A stretch of DNA of 62,941 bases, counting the filler, from Intoshia linei (Eukaryota > Animalia > Orthonectida), in NCBI GenBank assembly GCA_001642005.1. It is 10 parts of 10 records of this genome, joined end to end, with 100 filler letters (N's around TTAATTAATTAA, not from the genome) between each part and the next. Parts side by side here need not be neighbours in the genome. Positions count along the whole stretch, not along the records: positions 13,270 to 19,986 come from LWCA01001647.1; positions 20,087 to 32,072 come from LWCA01001126.1; 8 more parts are not named here. The stretch is one strand, 5' to 3'. This document shows positions 13,270 to 26,850 of this stretch, piece after piece. Made by a program: the position numbers and the translations under genes. How positions within the stretch are numbered: position 1 is the stretch's first letter; every line of letters begins with the position of its first letter. The notes beneath the pieces were generated by a model. It ran no database searches. It worked only from the letters and a program-made list of their open reading frames with translations, and was not told the DNA's origin.

Positions 13270-14981
13270 AATTATTCCAATTTAAAGTCTTACCGTTTGG
13301 GTTGACGAATGGACCTTCGTCATGTCAACGGCTTAGTGACAAAGCGTTAGCAGGGCTCCAATGTGCAGTTGTATATCTTGATAATATAATTATTTATTCC
13401 GAAAATAAATTAGAGCATTTAAATCACGTAAAAAGAGTATTGAATCGATTACGACAGCACGAGTTGACAGTTAATCAAAAAAATGTTTTGTTGCTTAGGA
13501 ACAATTGAAATTTTTGGGTCATATTATTAACAGTAAAGGTATTTAAACGGATCCGGAAAAACTCCAAGTTTTGAAAAATTGGAAAGTACCCACAACTGTA
13601 AAAAACGTACGTTGTTTTATGGGATTTTGTTTGTATTACCGCCGATTTGTGCGAAATTTTGCAAGTAAAACGGAAGCATTGACACGGCTGACGCGTAAAG
13701 GTAAAGCATTCAAGTGGGATCAAAACGCGCAGGATTCCTTTGAATTGATTAAAGATGAATTATGTAAAGCTAGCTTCGTTGAGCATGTTGATTGGGATAA
13801 ATTGTTTGTGTTAGAGACAGATGCTTCAGAGTATGGATTGGGTGCTACCTTATTGCAAGATGGTAAAGTGGTCACTCACGTTAGCTGTCAATTGAATACG
13901 CACCAGCGTAATTATAGTGTTATAGAAAAGGAATTTTTAGCAGCAGTATGGTCGGTCAAGAAATTGCACCACTATACATATGGTCGTCATTTTGAGATAA
14001 TAACGGATCACAACCCCTTGTGAAATTGATCGGTATGAAAAAACGTTGATCTCAATTCCTCAATATGTATGATTTTACTATAAATTATAGAGCAGGTTTA
14101 TTAAATGGTTCAGCAGATGCTTTATCGCGCATGTTTGCAATTTATGGTACAAATGAAGGAATATTTAATTAATGATAGCTTACATCATAATCCGTCTTTG
14201 GAGAATAGCAGTCTATGGCCATTACGTAGTCGTTTAGCTATAGCGGAAAATTTAATGTTATAGACGCGATGAATTTTTACTAGTATTAGTTCCTCTATCG
14301 AAGCAAGGTAGTATTTTAAAGGCTGCAAATGAAGATTTCGGTGGAATTCACGTTGGTAGTATTCGATTAGTAGATGACATACGTCGACAATTTTTTTGAA
14401 AAGGCATGATCGCTGACGTAATAAAATATGTTGATAATTGTGATCAATGTCATTGTGCAAAAGATGGAAGTAGAAAACACGTTACACCATTAAAACTCGT
14501 AGCATCAAAACATTTCAACAATATTTGACAGTTAGATTTCGCTGGTCCATTTGTAGACAGCAGACGAGGAAACAAATTTCTATTAGTTATGATTGATCAT
14601 TATACTAAATGGCCCGAAATAGTTGCAGTTCCTGACATGTCATCGCAAACTACATGTGATGCGATTATGGAAAATATTATTAGCAGATATGGCGTACCAG
14701 AAAGGATTCATATGGATCAGGGTACTCAATTCGAAAGCAGTTTAGTACGTACACTATGTAGCAAGTTCGGAATAGTGAAAAAAGAGACTTGCAGTTATCA
14801 CTACGAAGGTGAAGGAGCAGTTGAGCGTTTAAACAAGGAAATTAAAAATATGTTACACACGCGATGTAAACGAAAATTTGACCCTACATGGGATAAAAAT
14901 TTACCCGAATTATTAGTAGCCTTGCGGAATCGTCGCAAATCAAGTACTGATAAGTCACCGAAATATTTTTTAAAGTGCTAA
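13270..14981 (+). mobile_element. Ty3/Gypsy retrotransposon pol remnant (RT - RNase H - integrase), disrupted
   Basis: RT: FKVLPFGLTNGP..., VYLDNII (degenerate YxDD). RNase H: FVLETDASEYGLGATL, EKEFLA, ITDHNPL. Integrase: LDFAGPF, IDHYTKWPE, IHMDQGTQF, GAVERLNK. Several stops and frameshifts; no LTR seen. Confidence 0.92.
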
Positions 14982-17131
14982 TTCCGTTAATTATAGATAC
15001 AAAATAAATAAAATAAAAATCCAAAAGCATTTGTTTAAATCACTTTAAGGGTTACTACTACTGAAATACTGCTAAATAAAGCAAGACTTTGAGAACATCT
15101 GTTGCCAGAAATCATGGAATAATTAAAACAGTATAAAATATGAACAATTGAAAAATAAGAAGACAATTTTTTGTTATAAATTGTCAATAAAAGAATACAT
15201 TATGATCTAATTCGCTATGAATACCATTTTTAAATGATTAAGATTTATGCATTTATTAGCCTTCTCTAGGGATTATAACATGTAATTAATTTTTATTGAG
15301 AAATTACTTTTAAAGTGTATATACCACTAAATCTATAACTCTGGAAATATAAAAATATAGCATACCTTTTATACAAAGTAAAAGCATAATTTAGCATAAA
15401 ATGGCAATTTAATGGTACTAGAGAAAAAATTATTCCAAATTCAAAGTACAAATTGCAATATATAAAAAGGTAAATTTATGAGATGAAAAGAGTAGATTCT
15501 AATAATATAATTTACATGTTGTGTAGATAAAAAATATTAATATGTGATAATTTCGAGTATTAAAAACATTAATCATTAAAGACGTAAAATATCAATATAT
15601 TTTGAACCATTTTGCAGCAACAGCATATTTTTATTGAAAATGGTGGCGTATCGTAAAGAGAATACACGTGAATTTCTACAAAAGTCTAAGGTAATCATTC
15701 AAATGTCGAATGATGTATATGTAGAAATACAAAATAAAAAGGTAATCTTGACTATGAAATTAAGAATTTTATCAACCTTTGACAAGGGATTTGCATGTTT
15801 GTGTCTTCCTGTTGATTTTACCCTTTTAAATATTAATGAAATTTAAAAAATCGATAAAGTAGATTTTGCATTTGTGTAGTCAGCATGATTATGTGGAAAC
15901 CATTACATGAAATCGGTTCTATTCTAGGTGGTTGTTCTAAATCTTGGGATTTAAATTACATTAAATAATTGGTAAATTTAACAATAAATATTTATTAATA
16001 TACATTTTGTCATGATGATCTTTTGATAGTTTATTAAAAATATCAGCAGTATTGATTCAAATGATGACTATTGCTATACACGAAATAATATTGATTATAT
16101 GTGATATGATAATACAAATAAACTAAAACGACTGGGAATACATAGTTATTTTCAAATGTAAGAAAAATCAATTAAAAGTCTAAAGGTAGTCTGAAGCATC
16201 AAAATTGTCAATATTTCTTTGTATACTGTATGTAGTAGATATTTTTTATGAAGATTACAAGTTTAATTTAGATTTGATTTGTTTATTGTTTAATTAGTTT
16301 TGTTTAATATTAATATATTTCAAAAATTTTAAAATACACATTATAACACGTCAAGCGGGTAAAAAGTAAGTTGAGTGTATTTATTCAATTACATTTGACG
16401 TTGCACGTTACATTTAAAAAGATATTGCAATTTAAATGTTATTAATTTCTTGCACCATTTTAAAAAAAATTCATTTTGTGTATTTTTAGTCATTTGTGAT
16501 TCATTTCACCACTGCTAAAAGTGTTAAATTGACTCGATATTTTTAAATTGTACATTTAAATATTATTGATTTTTAAATAATCGTTAATACTAATAAATCT
16601 AGTTTATTAATATATTGTTTTATTTTAATCAGATCATTATAATAATTTGTATCTGATTATAATAATTACGGAATAATGTATATTTAGGTGTATGATTGAT
16701 GTTTTGTTATTTACAAAATGTTTATACCAACTAATTAATCATAATTTTACATGTATTTTATAACATTTTAGTTTTATCAGTTATTCAGCAAATGTAATGC
16801 ATCATCTATCATGTGTCACTATATTTTAAAAATAATGACGTATAATTCAATTTTTGAATTTCATATACACGTCAATATCATTTACAATTATACATAGATT
16901 GTATAGTGTAGACGAAGGGTTCCAAAAATGATTTGATCTAACATTCCCTTGAAAAATTTTACACAATAATTATTAATTAGGCATTTTTTTTATGATTCAA
17001 CTGATTATGACATATTTTCAAAGTCGATATTTCATATTAATGTCCATTATATATTTATTACTGTGCCAATGTTTATATCAGTGGATCTCAAACTTGCGAT
17101 AAAAAATTCAGCAACGCTCTACTCTATATAA

Positions 17132-17745
17132 TCCTTATTTATATAATATGCTACACAATATTTTTTTGTGTGTGTGTGTTCCACTTTATTTCAATAACTA
17201 CCAGTCTTAGAATTTTACAAAGTCCACATTTCAATTACAGCTTTTTCCGGGTGATAATAAGATATATTTCAATCTCCCAAACTCACATCTTACGGGTTAA
17301 AAACCCCCATTGTTTTTTTTTTTGAAAATCAAACGAGTTGGAGAATTTAAAAAAATCTATACGCTGATACTAATTTTAAAATCATAAACATTATGATAAA
17401 TTTAAATTAAAAAAAAATTATTCTGTTACAGTTTATTCCAGTTGATATAAATACAAAATTTCAACCCGAGAAATCTACGCATTCCTAGTGAAAAATAATT
17501 TTGAATATATTATCAACCAATATTTTTCAAATATTTCGATTAAAATATAAATTGAAAATATTTATCCTACAATTTCAAAAAAAATCTGCATTTAACGTCT
17601 ACACATTTCCAATAAAGAAATATGGGTGAAAATCTATATAATTCATTCCTTCGTATTTTCTTCATTGCTACGCAATTTTTAAATTTCAAATTCTCATTTT
17701 CAAAACATTTTGTTTCAAATTTAAACTACAACAACGAAACTAAAA
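17132..17745 (+). mobile_element. Non-autonomous Helitron-like repeat copy
   Basis: Starts A|TCCTTATTTATATAATATGC then (TG)n. Reverse-complement similarity to 190-806 and 37863-38397. Confidence 0.7.
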
Positions 17746-17820
17746 GTAATACAACTTAGTTATTATCATTTTTATATTTATTACAATCCTTTACAATATT
17801 AGTAAAATTCGCCTGGAATA

Positions 17821-19535
17821 CAGTCCGACCCCGCTTTGGGGCATAATCAGTTTTTGGAGCATACTCATGTTTTGGGGCACTTTTTCAGAATTATGTTGAT
17901 TTTATAGTATTTATATCGATGTTATAGCAATATATATGAAATTAACCCCGCTTTTGATGCAAAAATGTTGTAAATATAAAATATATAAGTATAATTCCTA
18001 TAGTAATGATTAATTTAAAATTATATTTATTTAAATATTTTACATACATTTACATTTAAACATGTTAATTTTGGATTATGAAACTAAACTAGAAATTGCA
18101 AATATTTTGAAAGATGGAAAAATGTCTGAACGAAAATTATGTGAAATATACAATAAGAGTAAAGGAACAATTTCCCGAATTAAAAAATTAATGGTTCCAA
18201 TTTTAAACAATAATATTGTAAATTCGATTGATGTCAATGAACCAAGTACCTCGTCTACTTTATCTAATACGTTTGTTGATTTAGATAAACTGGTTTATGA
18301 GGCTTTTCTAAAATTGAGAGAACACAATATCTCTGTTTCAAGTACAACGTTAAAAACAATTGGGCTAAATGTTGCCAAAAAATTGAAAATTGCAAATTTT
18401 AACGCGTCTAATGGATAGTTGGCGCGTTTTAAAGTAAGACATGATTTATCATTTAAATGCTTATATGGTGAAAAGAAACTCATCCGATAAAACACAATTG
18501 GATACAGTTTACGTTTATTATGATAATTTAAAATCGAAATATAAAAAAGATGATATATACAATTGTGACGAAACTGCATTATATATAAAACATCTACCAT
18601 CTAAATCTTTCGTAGAAAAAAGTGATGACTGCAAAGGTACTAAAAAAACCAAAGAAAAAGTAAGCCTCCTTATTTGATGCAGTTTAACTTTTTGGAAGAT
18701 GATTTTAATTTTTTATCTATGAAACTTTTTCAAATCAACATAAGACAAAGCATTTATTTTATTTCAAAAGAATGGGATGAAGTTAAAATAGAAACAATTC
18801 AAAATTGTTGGATTAAAATTGAGGAACATCGTATTGAAGTTAATAATGAATATGAAGAATCACAAATTGAGGAAACAATTGAAATAATTATAGAAAACTT
18901 TCACAGGTATGAAAATATGGAATTTTACGATGGGCCAGATGTCGCCCCAACTGATTCTACAGAAACATTTAAAATATTAAACAAATTAGAAGAAAACATA
19001 GGTCAAGTTTGTCCCAAATCATTAAAAGCATTCTACGAGTTTAGAAACTATTGCTAAAACTATTCATAACAAGAATTACAAAATAACCGATTATTTCGTG
19101 GTGAAAAATAAATAATGTTAAATAAATTTTATCCTTTTCATGTGTATTTAATTCATTATGTTTCATTTATTCCTATATTTTAATATCTGATAACTTATTA
19201 ATTATTATTCTAGATTAGAAAGTAACTAATTCTAAAAAATAATTATATAATTACAAAAATATTTATAACTGATTTCAGATTTTTATTAAATTTTGAATTT
19301 TAGGTATTTAGCTGATAATGTCACCCTAAACAAGCGGTTTCCAAATGGGGTACTGGGATCCATAAGAGGTACCAGAAATTAGGAAGTATGTTGGGAAGCG
19401 TTGCCCTAAACCGTGTTGGACTATAATAGAAATCAATGTAATATAATGTATTGAATGAAAAATTAGATAACTTACTAAAACCCTTGATTTTGGGACACTT
19501 TTCAAAAAATGGTCCCCCAAAGCGGGGTTATACTG
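17821..19535 (+). mobile_element. Tigger/pogo DNA transposon with disrupted, internally deleted transposase (18062-19057)
   Basis: 21-bp TIRs CAGTCCGACCCCGCTTTGGGG / CCCCAAAGCGGGGTTATACTG with TA on both sides. CENP-B-like HTH, FNASNG*LARFK, IYNCDETALY and WDEVKIETIQNCW motifs. The central DDE region is missing. Confidence 0.93.
19332..19403. mobile_element. 72-bp hAT mini-MITE inserted in the Tigger element
   Basis: Perfect 8-bp TSD CCCTAAAC (19324-19331 and 19404-19411). Shares AAATGGGGTACTG(G/A)GATCC with the 10669 MITE. Confidence 0.8.
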
Positions 19536-19599
19536 TATCTTTATAAAGTGAAGTTTAATTATTAATTAATATAATATTAATATATATAAAATATAATAA

Positions 19600-19986
19600 A
19601 ATTAAATATTATCAGTGTACAAAGAATCGACTTTAAAATCAAAAAACTATTTAATGAGTATCGAGTGGTTAATATAACTTCTCATACAGAAAGAGGATTA
19701 AAGTTTATAGAGAATCTCGACAATTTATTTGAGTGTGCTAAATCTGATTCATCAAATGCAATAATTGAAGATTTACAATTTTTAGAAGTTCAAACACAAA
19801 CAACAAGTTATGACACCACAGCATCAAATACGGGCAAAATTCGCGGTAGCGTGCACTACTTGAAGCAGTTTTTAACAACAAAGTCTCACATTGGTTCCAT
19901 GTCGTTATCACATATTTTGAACTACTTTTGAATTAAGGGCAGTATTTGTTGAAATATTTGGTGATAGTTCTACTCCATATATATTA
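19600..19986 (+). mobile_element. hATm-like transposase fragment, deleted copy of the 31222-32072 element
   Basis: Near-identical to 31222-31410, then jumps to the YDTTASNTGKIRGSVHYL segment (31661 onward). Confidence 0.8.
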
Positions 19987-20086
19987 NNNNNNNNNNNNNN
20001 NNNNNNNNNNNNNNNNNNNNNNNNNNNNNNTTAATTAATTAANNNNNNNNNNNNNNNNNNNNNNNNNNNNNNNNNNNNNNNNNNNN

Positions 20087-20270
20087 CACATACGAAGCCA
20101 TTGAAGAGTAGCTTTTTCGATGTTATCGAAACCACACTTTTTAATTTTTTTGGTACCACATGACAGATCTGGTGTTAATACCATAAAACGTTTTTATTTT
20201 GTAATATTAGTTGGTTCTACAGTTTTTCAGTCTTAACTTTGGTTTGTAGGTACCACATTGATCTTGAATC
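20087..20270 (-). mobile_element. Second Tigger/pogo transposase fragment
   Basis: Minus strand reads KKIKKCGFDNIEKATLQWLRM, like the start of the second CENP-B HTH. Cut by the gap. Confidence 0.5.
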
Positions 20271-20479
20271 GATTTAAAATTTAAATGAGTATAAGAAATT
20301 AAGAATAACAACACTTAACCGGAATATAAGCAGAAATTTAAGAAAGACAATTAAACAGGACACGATACATTTAAATATATAAAAAACAAATTTAGTTAAT
20401 TTTTTTAATTCTATTACTATTAACATATAATACAATGGAAGAGTCAGATTCACTTTCAACAAAATAATCGAAATCATTG

Positions 20480-21961
20480 CAACGAACAATTACGTAAGTT
20501 TCGGTTGAATTTACCATCTCAAACAGCTAATTTCTTGGTTATTATCGAAATCCTTTTTTAATTTTACTGTCACCTAAACACCATAATATAAACAATAAAT
20601 GAATACATACCAATATTTAATTTTTTAGTATTTGCATTAGCATCTGAAATCATTTTTTCTATATACGGCGTCGTTTCACCTTCGTGGTTATCCACTATAT
20701 CAATATGACTAAAAACATTTTAGTATGTCCACTAGAATGTATATACGAGTTAAGCCAGGAGTATTCATAAATAATGAAAATGGAGTTATATCTGTGGCAC
20801 GATGAATAGTTATATTGTACTTCCGTACAACGCCAACCAAAATATCGATCCAACATTTGCCTCCTTGTAACGTTTTTGCTAACCATCTTTTTATGGTTTG
20901 GTTGGCTCTAAAATAATATGAGAAAAAATAAAGTATAATAAACCTCTCTACCTGGCCTTGTGATTGGGGATGCTGAGGTCTGCCATGTATTATTCCAACT
21001 TTCATTTGATCATAACTCTATTATTTCTGAATTTTTAAATTCCCTCCCATTATCTGTATGCAATGTTTTTTTGGAGATCCAATTATCGAAAACATTTTTT
21101 CAAATTTGGATCTCAGGTTCACAGCACTTTTGTTTTTTAATTTCGCTACCCACATATACTTCGAAAGCAATCAATTACATTCAAAATATACTTGTAGCCC
21201 CAATTTTCCCACTCATATTCCAATAGACTTATGCAATCTGCCATATATCTTTCCCTTGGTTTCATTGTTATTATTGGCTTAATTCTTGCAACTGTGACCA
21301 AACTCACTCATTTGAAGGGAATTACAATTTTTGATAACCTGTTATGAAACATTTAACATAAACCATAATTTAATGAAAACCTTCGCAATATTACAAATTT
21401 TAATGTTATATGATATATTGTCGATATGCTCCTTTGTCTAAGTATAATATAAATATGACATAGCAACATATGATACAATCCAGACGTATTAGATATGGAT
21501 GCCTCGTACTTGATATGAAGCGATCTTAGATGTGTTTGACAATACATGGGTATAAAATTTATAAATATCAATAAAAAGTTTCGTCGTAACTAGAAAATAT
21601 AAAACTGCTATTTGATGGTGAATCTTGAGAGACTGAAACTTTATATTTCAGTCTTCGCTGGTATTTCTCGTTGGACTCCCGTCTTTTTCTCAACTTCTTG
21701 GGATATACAGATGTTTTAGGATGTTTTTAAAAAAAACCTGGCTAAATTACCTTAAATTACTATACAACTTTGACTGAAACTAATTATCAGTTTCAGTAAA
21801 ATTATACTTTTGGATTAATTCGTTGCACAAGAGGACACAGTTATCAAAGTCCGCGTCGAAGTTTATGTTATGTCCATAGAGATGAAATATTCATGAAAAT
21901 TAATGTTAATAAACCAAAAAATAATATAAATCGGGGTGTCCTATGTTTATTGCGCGCACTG
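20480..21961 (-). mobile_element. Degenerate rve-type integrase (KRBA2/SCAND3/Ginger-like) element with spliceosomal introns
   Basis: Minus strand: IKPIITMKPRERYMADC...YKYILNVIDCF...LHTDNGREFKN...IIHGRPQHPQSQGQVER|ANQTIK...YNITIHRATDITPF...NIG|D..VKLKKDFDNN. GT-AG introns at 20908-20943 and 20574-20610. Stops and frameshifts present. Confidence 0.8.
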
Positions 21962-22757
21962 TATTATAATAAATGACTGCATAACTTTTGATCTATTGAC
22001 ACCAAGAATGTAAGCCTTTAAACTATAAATGATTTTTGCCATTTATCTCACTTGGGATGCTGCACCAGGCTTGAATAATGTTATTGCAGTATCATTAAAA
22101 ATACTCTTCAACAAATTGCAACAATTTTGCCAAAATATCCTCATCCATTAGTTGGAAAGTGAGAGGTTTTACACGTGTGGATAGATCAGTATTGTTAAAT
22201 GGTGCCATATTAAAGGATGTTTTGTTGTAGTTAGGGTTTAACTATCGTTAGCCATTCAATATAAAAATCCAAGTTTAAATACATTATATGAATTATTTCG
22301 CCCCCCCCCCCTCACTGAAAATCCTAGATCCGCCATTGATTGTGGGTCATAATTTTTAGAAAATTATCTGTTGATGCAGTTTTTGAAACTGTAAATGATA
22401 AATAACTCTAAAGTTGATTTGGTTTAATCTTATAATGTGATTGATTTTATGTGTGTGTCTCGTTTAGTTGTCGAGTGATCTCGATCTCGTTTACGACAAT
22501 TTAATTACTTGGCGGTAGTTGCAATATTTTCAAAATTAAAACATTTTGACTAGGTAGAAAAAAAAATCTATCGTGTATTATATTTATTGTCATTATATTA
22601 TATATTAGGTCATCAAAATTAAATTTTGTAAATCCCACTATTTTATTTCTTACATTTATCCTGTGATTCTTTAATTTTGATGAAGATTTAAAAACTTCCA
22701 ATTAAATGGAATAAGTTTATAATAACAAAAATATTTTTTTATTAATTTATATTTTAG

Positions 22758-23903
22758 AAAAATTTATTGGAATCAAAACGCTTTAACGTTAAAATGCGAA
22801 ATTCTGGAGATAAAATTAGACAAAATAATGCTGCCGCCCGCAAACATTTTAATAATTTTAAAAGTGAATTAAAGAAATGTAAAATGTCTAAAGAAAATAA
22901 CGAAGAGCAGGTTATTATTTTCTCAAAGTTTGTTATATTTATGAGTTGAATGTATTAACGTTCTAAAGGGAGCTGTATAGATTGTAATTGGGCACTCCGC
23001 GAAAATGTTGATGGATGTATATTACGTTTTATTATACTTGTCCAGGGTTTACAACCTGCGGCCGTGAGAGCGTTTATGTGCGGTCGTGGGATCTGATCAT
23101 AAGCAATATATCAATTTACTTTGAATTCAAAAGTTTAAATCAGATTAAAAACCGATGCTTGACGACATGTTGATATCTGCATTATTGGTGATGTCGAACT
23201 AGTAAATAAAATGATTTAAAATAAACTGTCCTATGGGTGGCGTGATATTAAGTGTTAAACGTTAATTTAATAGTAGAGTATATTTAACTGACCGGGGCAA
23301 GATGTAATTAAAAATTAAATTTGAGTGATTTTATGAATTGAGACTTAATTATAACAATTTTAATTAGATGATTCTTAATTTATTCAGTGAATGTGTGGAG
23401 ATGCAACGTGAAAAATTAAGAGGAATTAGAAAAAGAAATGTATATTTACAAAAGAAGGAATTGTGTGAAATTGACAATACCATAAAATCTATTGAAAATT
23501 TGTTTTATTATCATGTTTGAAATTTTATTATATTTTAGTTATAAAGATAAAATATCCATTATTAATGAAAATTTTAATTTAAAAGAAAATGCTGCTAAAT
23601 TTAATAAAATTGATTATCAAAAGGTTTGTATTTGTAAATTTTACTCTAAAGATTTGAATAATATAAGTTAAACTTAGAACCTTGAAAAATTGAAAAACGA
23701 TTATAGAAAAATGCTCCTCAAAGATATCAACAACATGGATAATGATAAATTTAATTATTACAATACAAATTCCAACAAATTATACCGAGAAAAAGATTCT
23801 AATTTTGTCAAAAATAGAATGAATATATTAAACTATAAAAGATAAATTGTTTCAATTTTTTTGTACTTATAGAATAACGTCAATAATACATGATGCAGCT
23901 TAA
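22758..23903 (+). CDS. Hypothetical multi-exon, Lys/Glu/Asn-rich coiled-coil protein (boundaries uncertain)
   Basis: Open exon-like segments flanked by TTTAG/GT: KNLLESKRFNVKMR...NNEEQ; ECVEMQREKLRGIRKRN; LEKLKNDYRKMLLKDINN. No family recognised. Confidence 0.4.
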
Positions 23904-24413
23904 CATTATTTATTTTATTTTCAACACAAATAAAGCGTGAATTTAAGTTTTTGAAAAAAAAATTAAAAAAAACATAAAAATAAACTTAAATTTAGCTATT
24001 TTTTGTTAATTACTTAATTGATCAATGCACACACGTTAATGATGCGTTATCATATTTAGTCATCGGTTTGTCATTTTTTATTAAATCTAATCTACCTAGT
24101 ATGTTTTTGAATTTGTAAAAAAAATTTTAAATTTGAGACCAGAATGTACATTGTAAACCGACCGTGAAGCCAGAAATGGGCCCGGTCAGATGAAAATTGT
24201 AGGCCCCATATGCAGATTTAAAAAAATTTCGTACTATGTGACTAAATTTTATTTTAATACCCCTAATAAATTATAATAATATATCAAGATATGATAGGGT
24301 ATCAAATTGAAACAAAAAATAAGTCTTGAAAATTTAAATAAATTTAATTTGTAATATAAATGCAAAGGACACGATAAAAAATATATTTACAATTTCATTA
24401 ATATGGTGGGTAT

Positions 24414-26178
24414 TTATCGTCTAAGTTTCATATGGCTACGATTAAGGTCACCACTACACTGAGCAGACATCAAAGATAATTCCGAGGCCAGTACTGTTGA
24501 ACATATAACCTGGGCAAACTGTGCACTTTTAGACAAACCTTCTGTGGCTTCCAAATTTAGCATCTAAAACGTAATATTAAAAGTTTCACATATAAAAATT
24601 ACATTAATTGCAGAAGACTGAGGTGCCAAGCACGTCCCACCTCCAACAACCCCAACTTCAAGACTGGGCATGGTACAAGAAACTTTGAGAACATTCTCTG
24701 ATTTGCAATATTCAAATTGAGTGAGACATTGACAACTGCTTACAACCTGAGCTAAATCTTGACCTGTGGCAGCAAAAACTGCGGCAACAATATTAGCAGC
24801 GTGTGCGTTATTTCCACCAATAGAATGTGCTACAGCGGATCCAATTAGATTCTTCCCATGATACAAAAAAGTCAGTTGTTGCGGTGTAGTTTTTAGAACA
24901 TTTTTAACGACATCAGATGTGATGGTGGCACTACTAATAATTGATTTACCACGACCCTCTAACCTAAAAATACATAAAACATATCAAATAACACTAACCA
25001 GTTGATTGCTGTCGCTTTTTTGTCCGAACAAACATTACCACTCAACGTTACAATTTCCATATCTGTGAAAATATTTTGTCTGATATATTTCAAAGCGTTT
25101 TCAACAGACTAAATCAATTAATTTAAACATTTTTCACCAAATTACATTTTATAATAAACCATACCTTTGTAATCATATTCATGCCCATGGCGTCTCCTGT
25201 ATTGGCAACAAATCTGACGTACAATTTGGTTCCCACTTGATAAACTTTGATATTTTTGAGACGGCAATATCTGAATTTTTAAAAGAGAAAAAGTCAGTTT
25301 TACCTACTATCTTTATTGAAAGGTTGTGACAATTCTGACCAATTTCCATAATCGGATAACCATTTATTCGCAAATGCGGCTCTCTCAATTGATTTAAAAT
25401 TGACTAGTGGCGCTCGACTAATACCGTCTTTTATGAGAACACTTGATATTCCACCTGAAAGCTATAACATACACTCTACAAATACATATTAAACTAACCT
25501 GAATTGCTCGACACCCTCTGTTGGTACTTGCAATTAAACAACCTTCAGTCGTTGCCATAGGAATATAATATTTTTTATTGTTGATTGAAAGCGGTCCAAC
25601 ACAGCCCAATGGAATGCTCATGTACCCAATGACATTTTCAGTGCATTTATTGTAAATGTCGTCATAATTATATGAATTAATAGGTATATTGTTAATAGAG
25701 TCGTTTTTAATTTTGAAAGAAATAAAATCCCGTCTAAACCAATATATACTACAACAGTGAGTAAAAACCTCAATTTAACGGCATCTTCTTTGTTTTTAGT
25801 AAATTGTTCTAGTTTGTAAATGGGGATTTCATTATTGACCAATTTTTTGAAAATATCATCATATGCTTCATTCTTTGGTTTAGGTTCATCGTTGGTGCAA
25901 TTTGTTATATACTCGGTTGTTTTCATTTTGATCCGTTCATTAAGCACTGTATCTGCTGAAATGTTATTTGAGCCAAGTAATAAAGTCGAGGTAGGATTTA
26001 CAAATGCATTATAAATTTGTTTGGAAATTTTGATTATCCGTTTTGGGTTAAACATGTCTATACGAACAATTAGAGCTTTGACCAAAGTCCAGAAAAAAGT
26101 AAAAAAAACAAATATTTTACTATTACGTGATTCTAAATAAGACATTGTGCTGGATATTAATTTGTAGATATGGGACAT
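24414..26178 (-). CDS. HMGCR: 3-hydroxy-3-methylglutaryl-CoA reductase (class I), short N-terminus
   Basis: Spliced catalytic motifs CTENVIGYMSIPLG, PMATTEGCLIASTNRG, TGDAMGMNM, LSGNVCSDKK, GGNNAHAANIV, ATGQDLAQ, ELSLMSAQ...RSHMKLRR*. Start codon tentative. Confidence 0.95.
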
Positions 26179-26850
26179 GTCAACGTCAATCAATACAATT
26201 AAAAATCAGCTTATGATTTAATACAAAAACAGATTATATAAATAATAAATTATCCCTCAAATTATGATAAAAACTTACTCAGGATAATTTTCATTGTGAT
26301 ATTTAAAAGGTTTATAATTTCCTAAAATATGTATTTTATTACCAACACTGCAAAGACACGAAAATCAATAAACATCTATGGAAACCTTTTAAAATGTGTT
26401 GAGATGAAGGCAAAGTTTATATTTTTGTTTATTTTAATTATCTGTATTGGTGACCCCATTTATACAAATATCAATTGATTTGATTATTGTATAACCATTG
26501 CCGCATGGCTTTTACAATACTGTACGTAATTGTGTCACAACTTGTGTGATGTATTTATCAAGGTTAAATTTTTATAATTAATCTTTCATTAACTTTGTTT
26601 AATGTTGGTTTGAAAAATGTAAGGACTTTTTCTTATTTTTTGGTTTAATGTTAAATGAGATTTGGGTCGGATAGGATAAAGGTCACCATGAATTATGCAA
26701 GACCTCGTACTCTTATACTTGAATGTTGATTAGTATGGTATTTAAATTGTAGACACGATTGAACAATGATAAAAAATAAAAATAATCCAAATATACAAGT
26801 TTATTTTTTAAATGGAACGAGCTATAATTATTATAATTGTACAACAATAA

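Noticed and set aside
22758-23903. SYF2 assignment (NAAKFNK resembles RNAKFNK)
   Set aside because: Other SYF2 motifs (YINERN, FYG, NLERGTA) are absent.
26195-26330. Upstream HMGCR mini-exons implying in-frame TGA readthrough
   Set aside because: No splice combination gave a convincing open frame; more simply 5' UTR. All other genes use the standard code.
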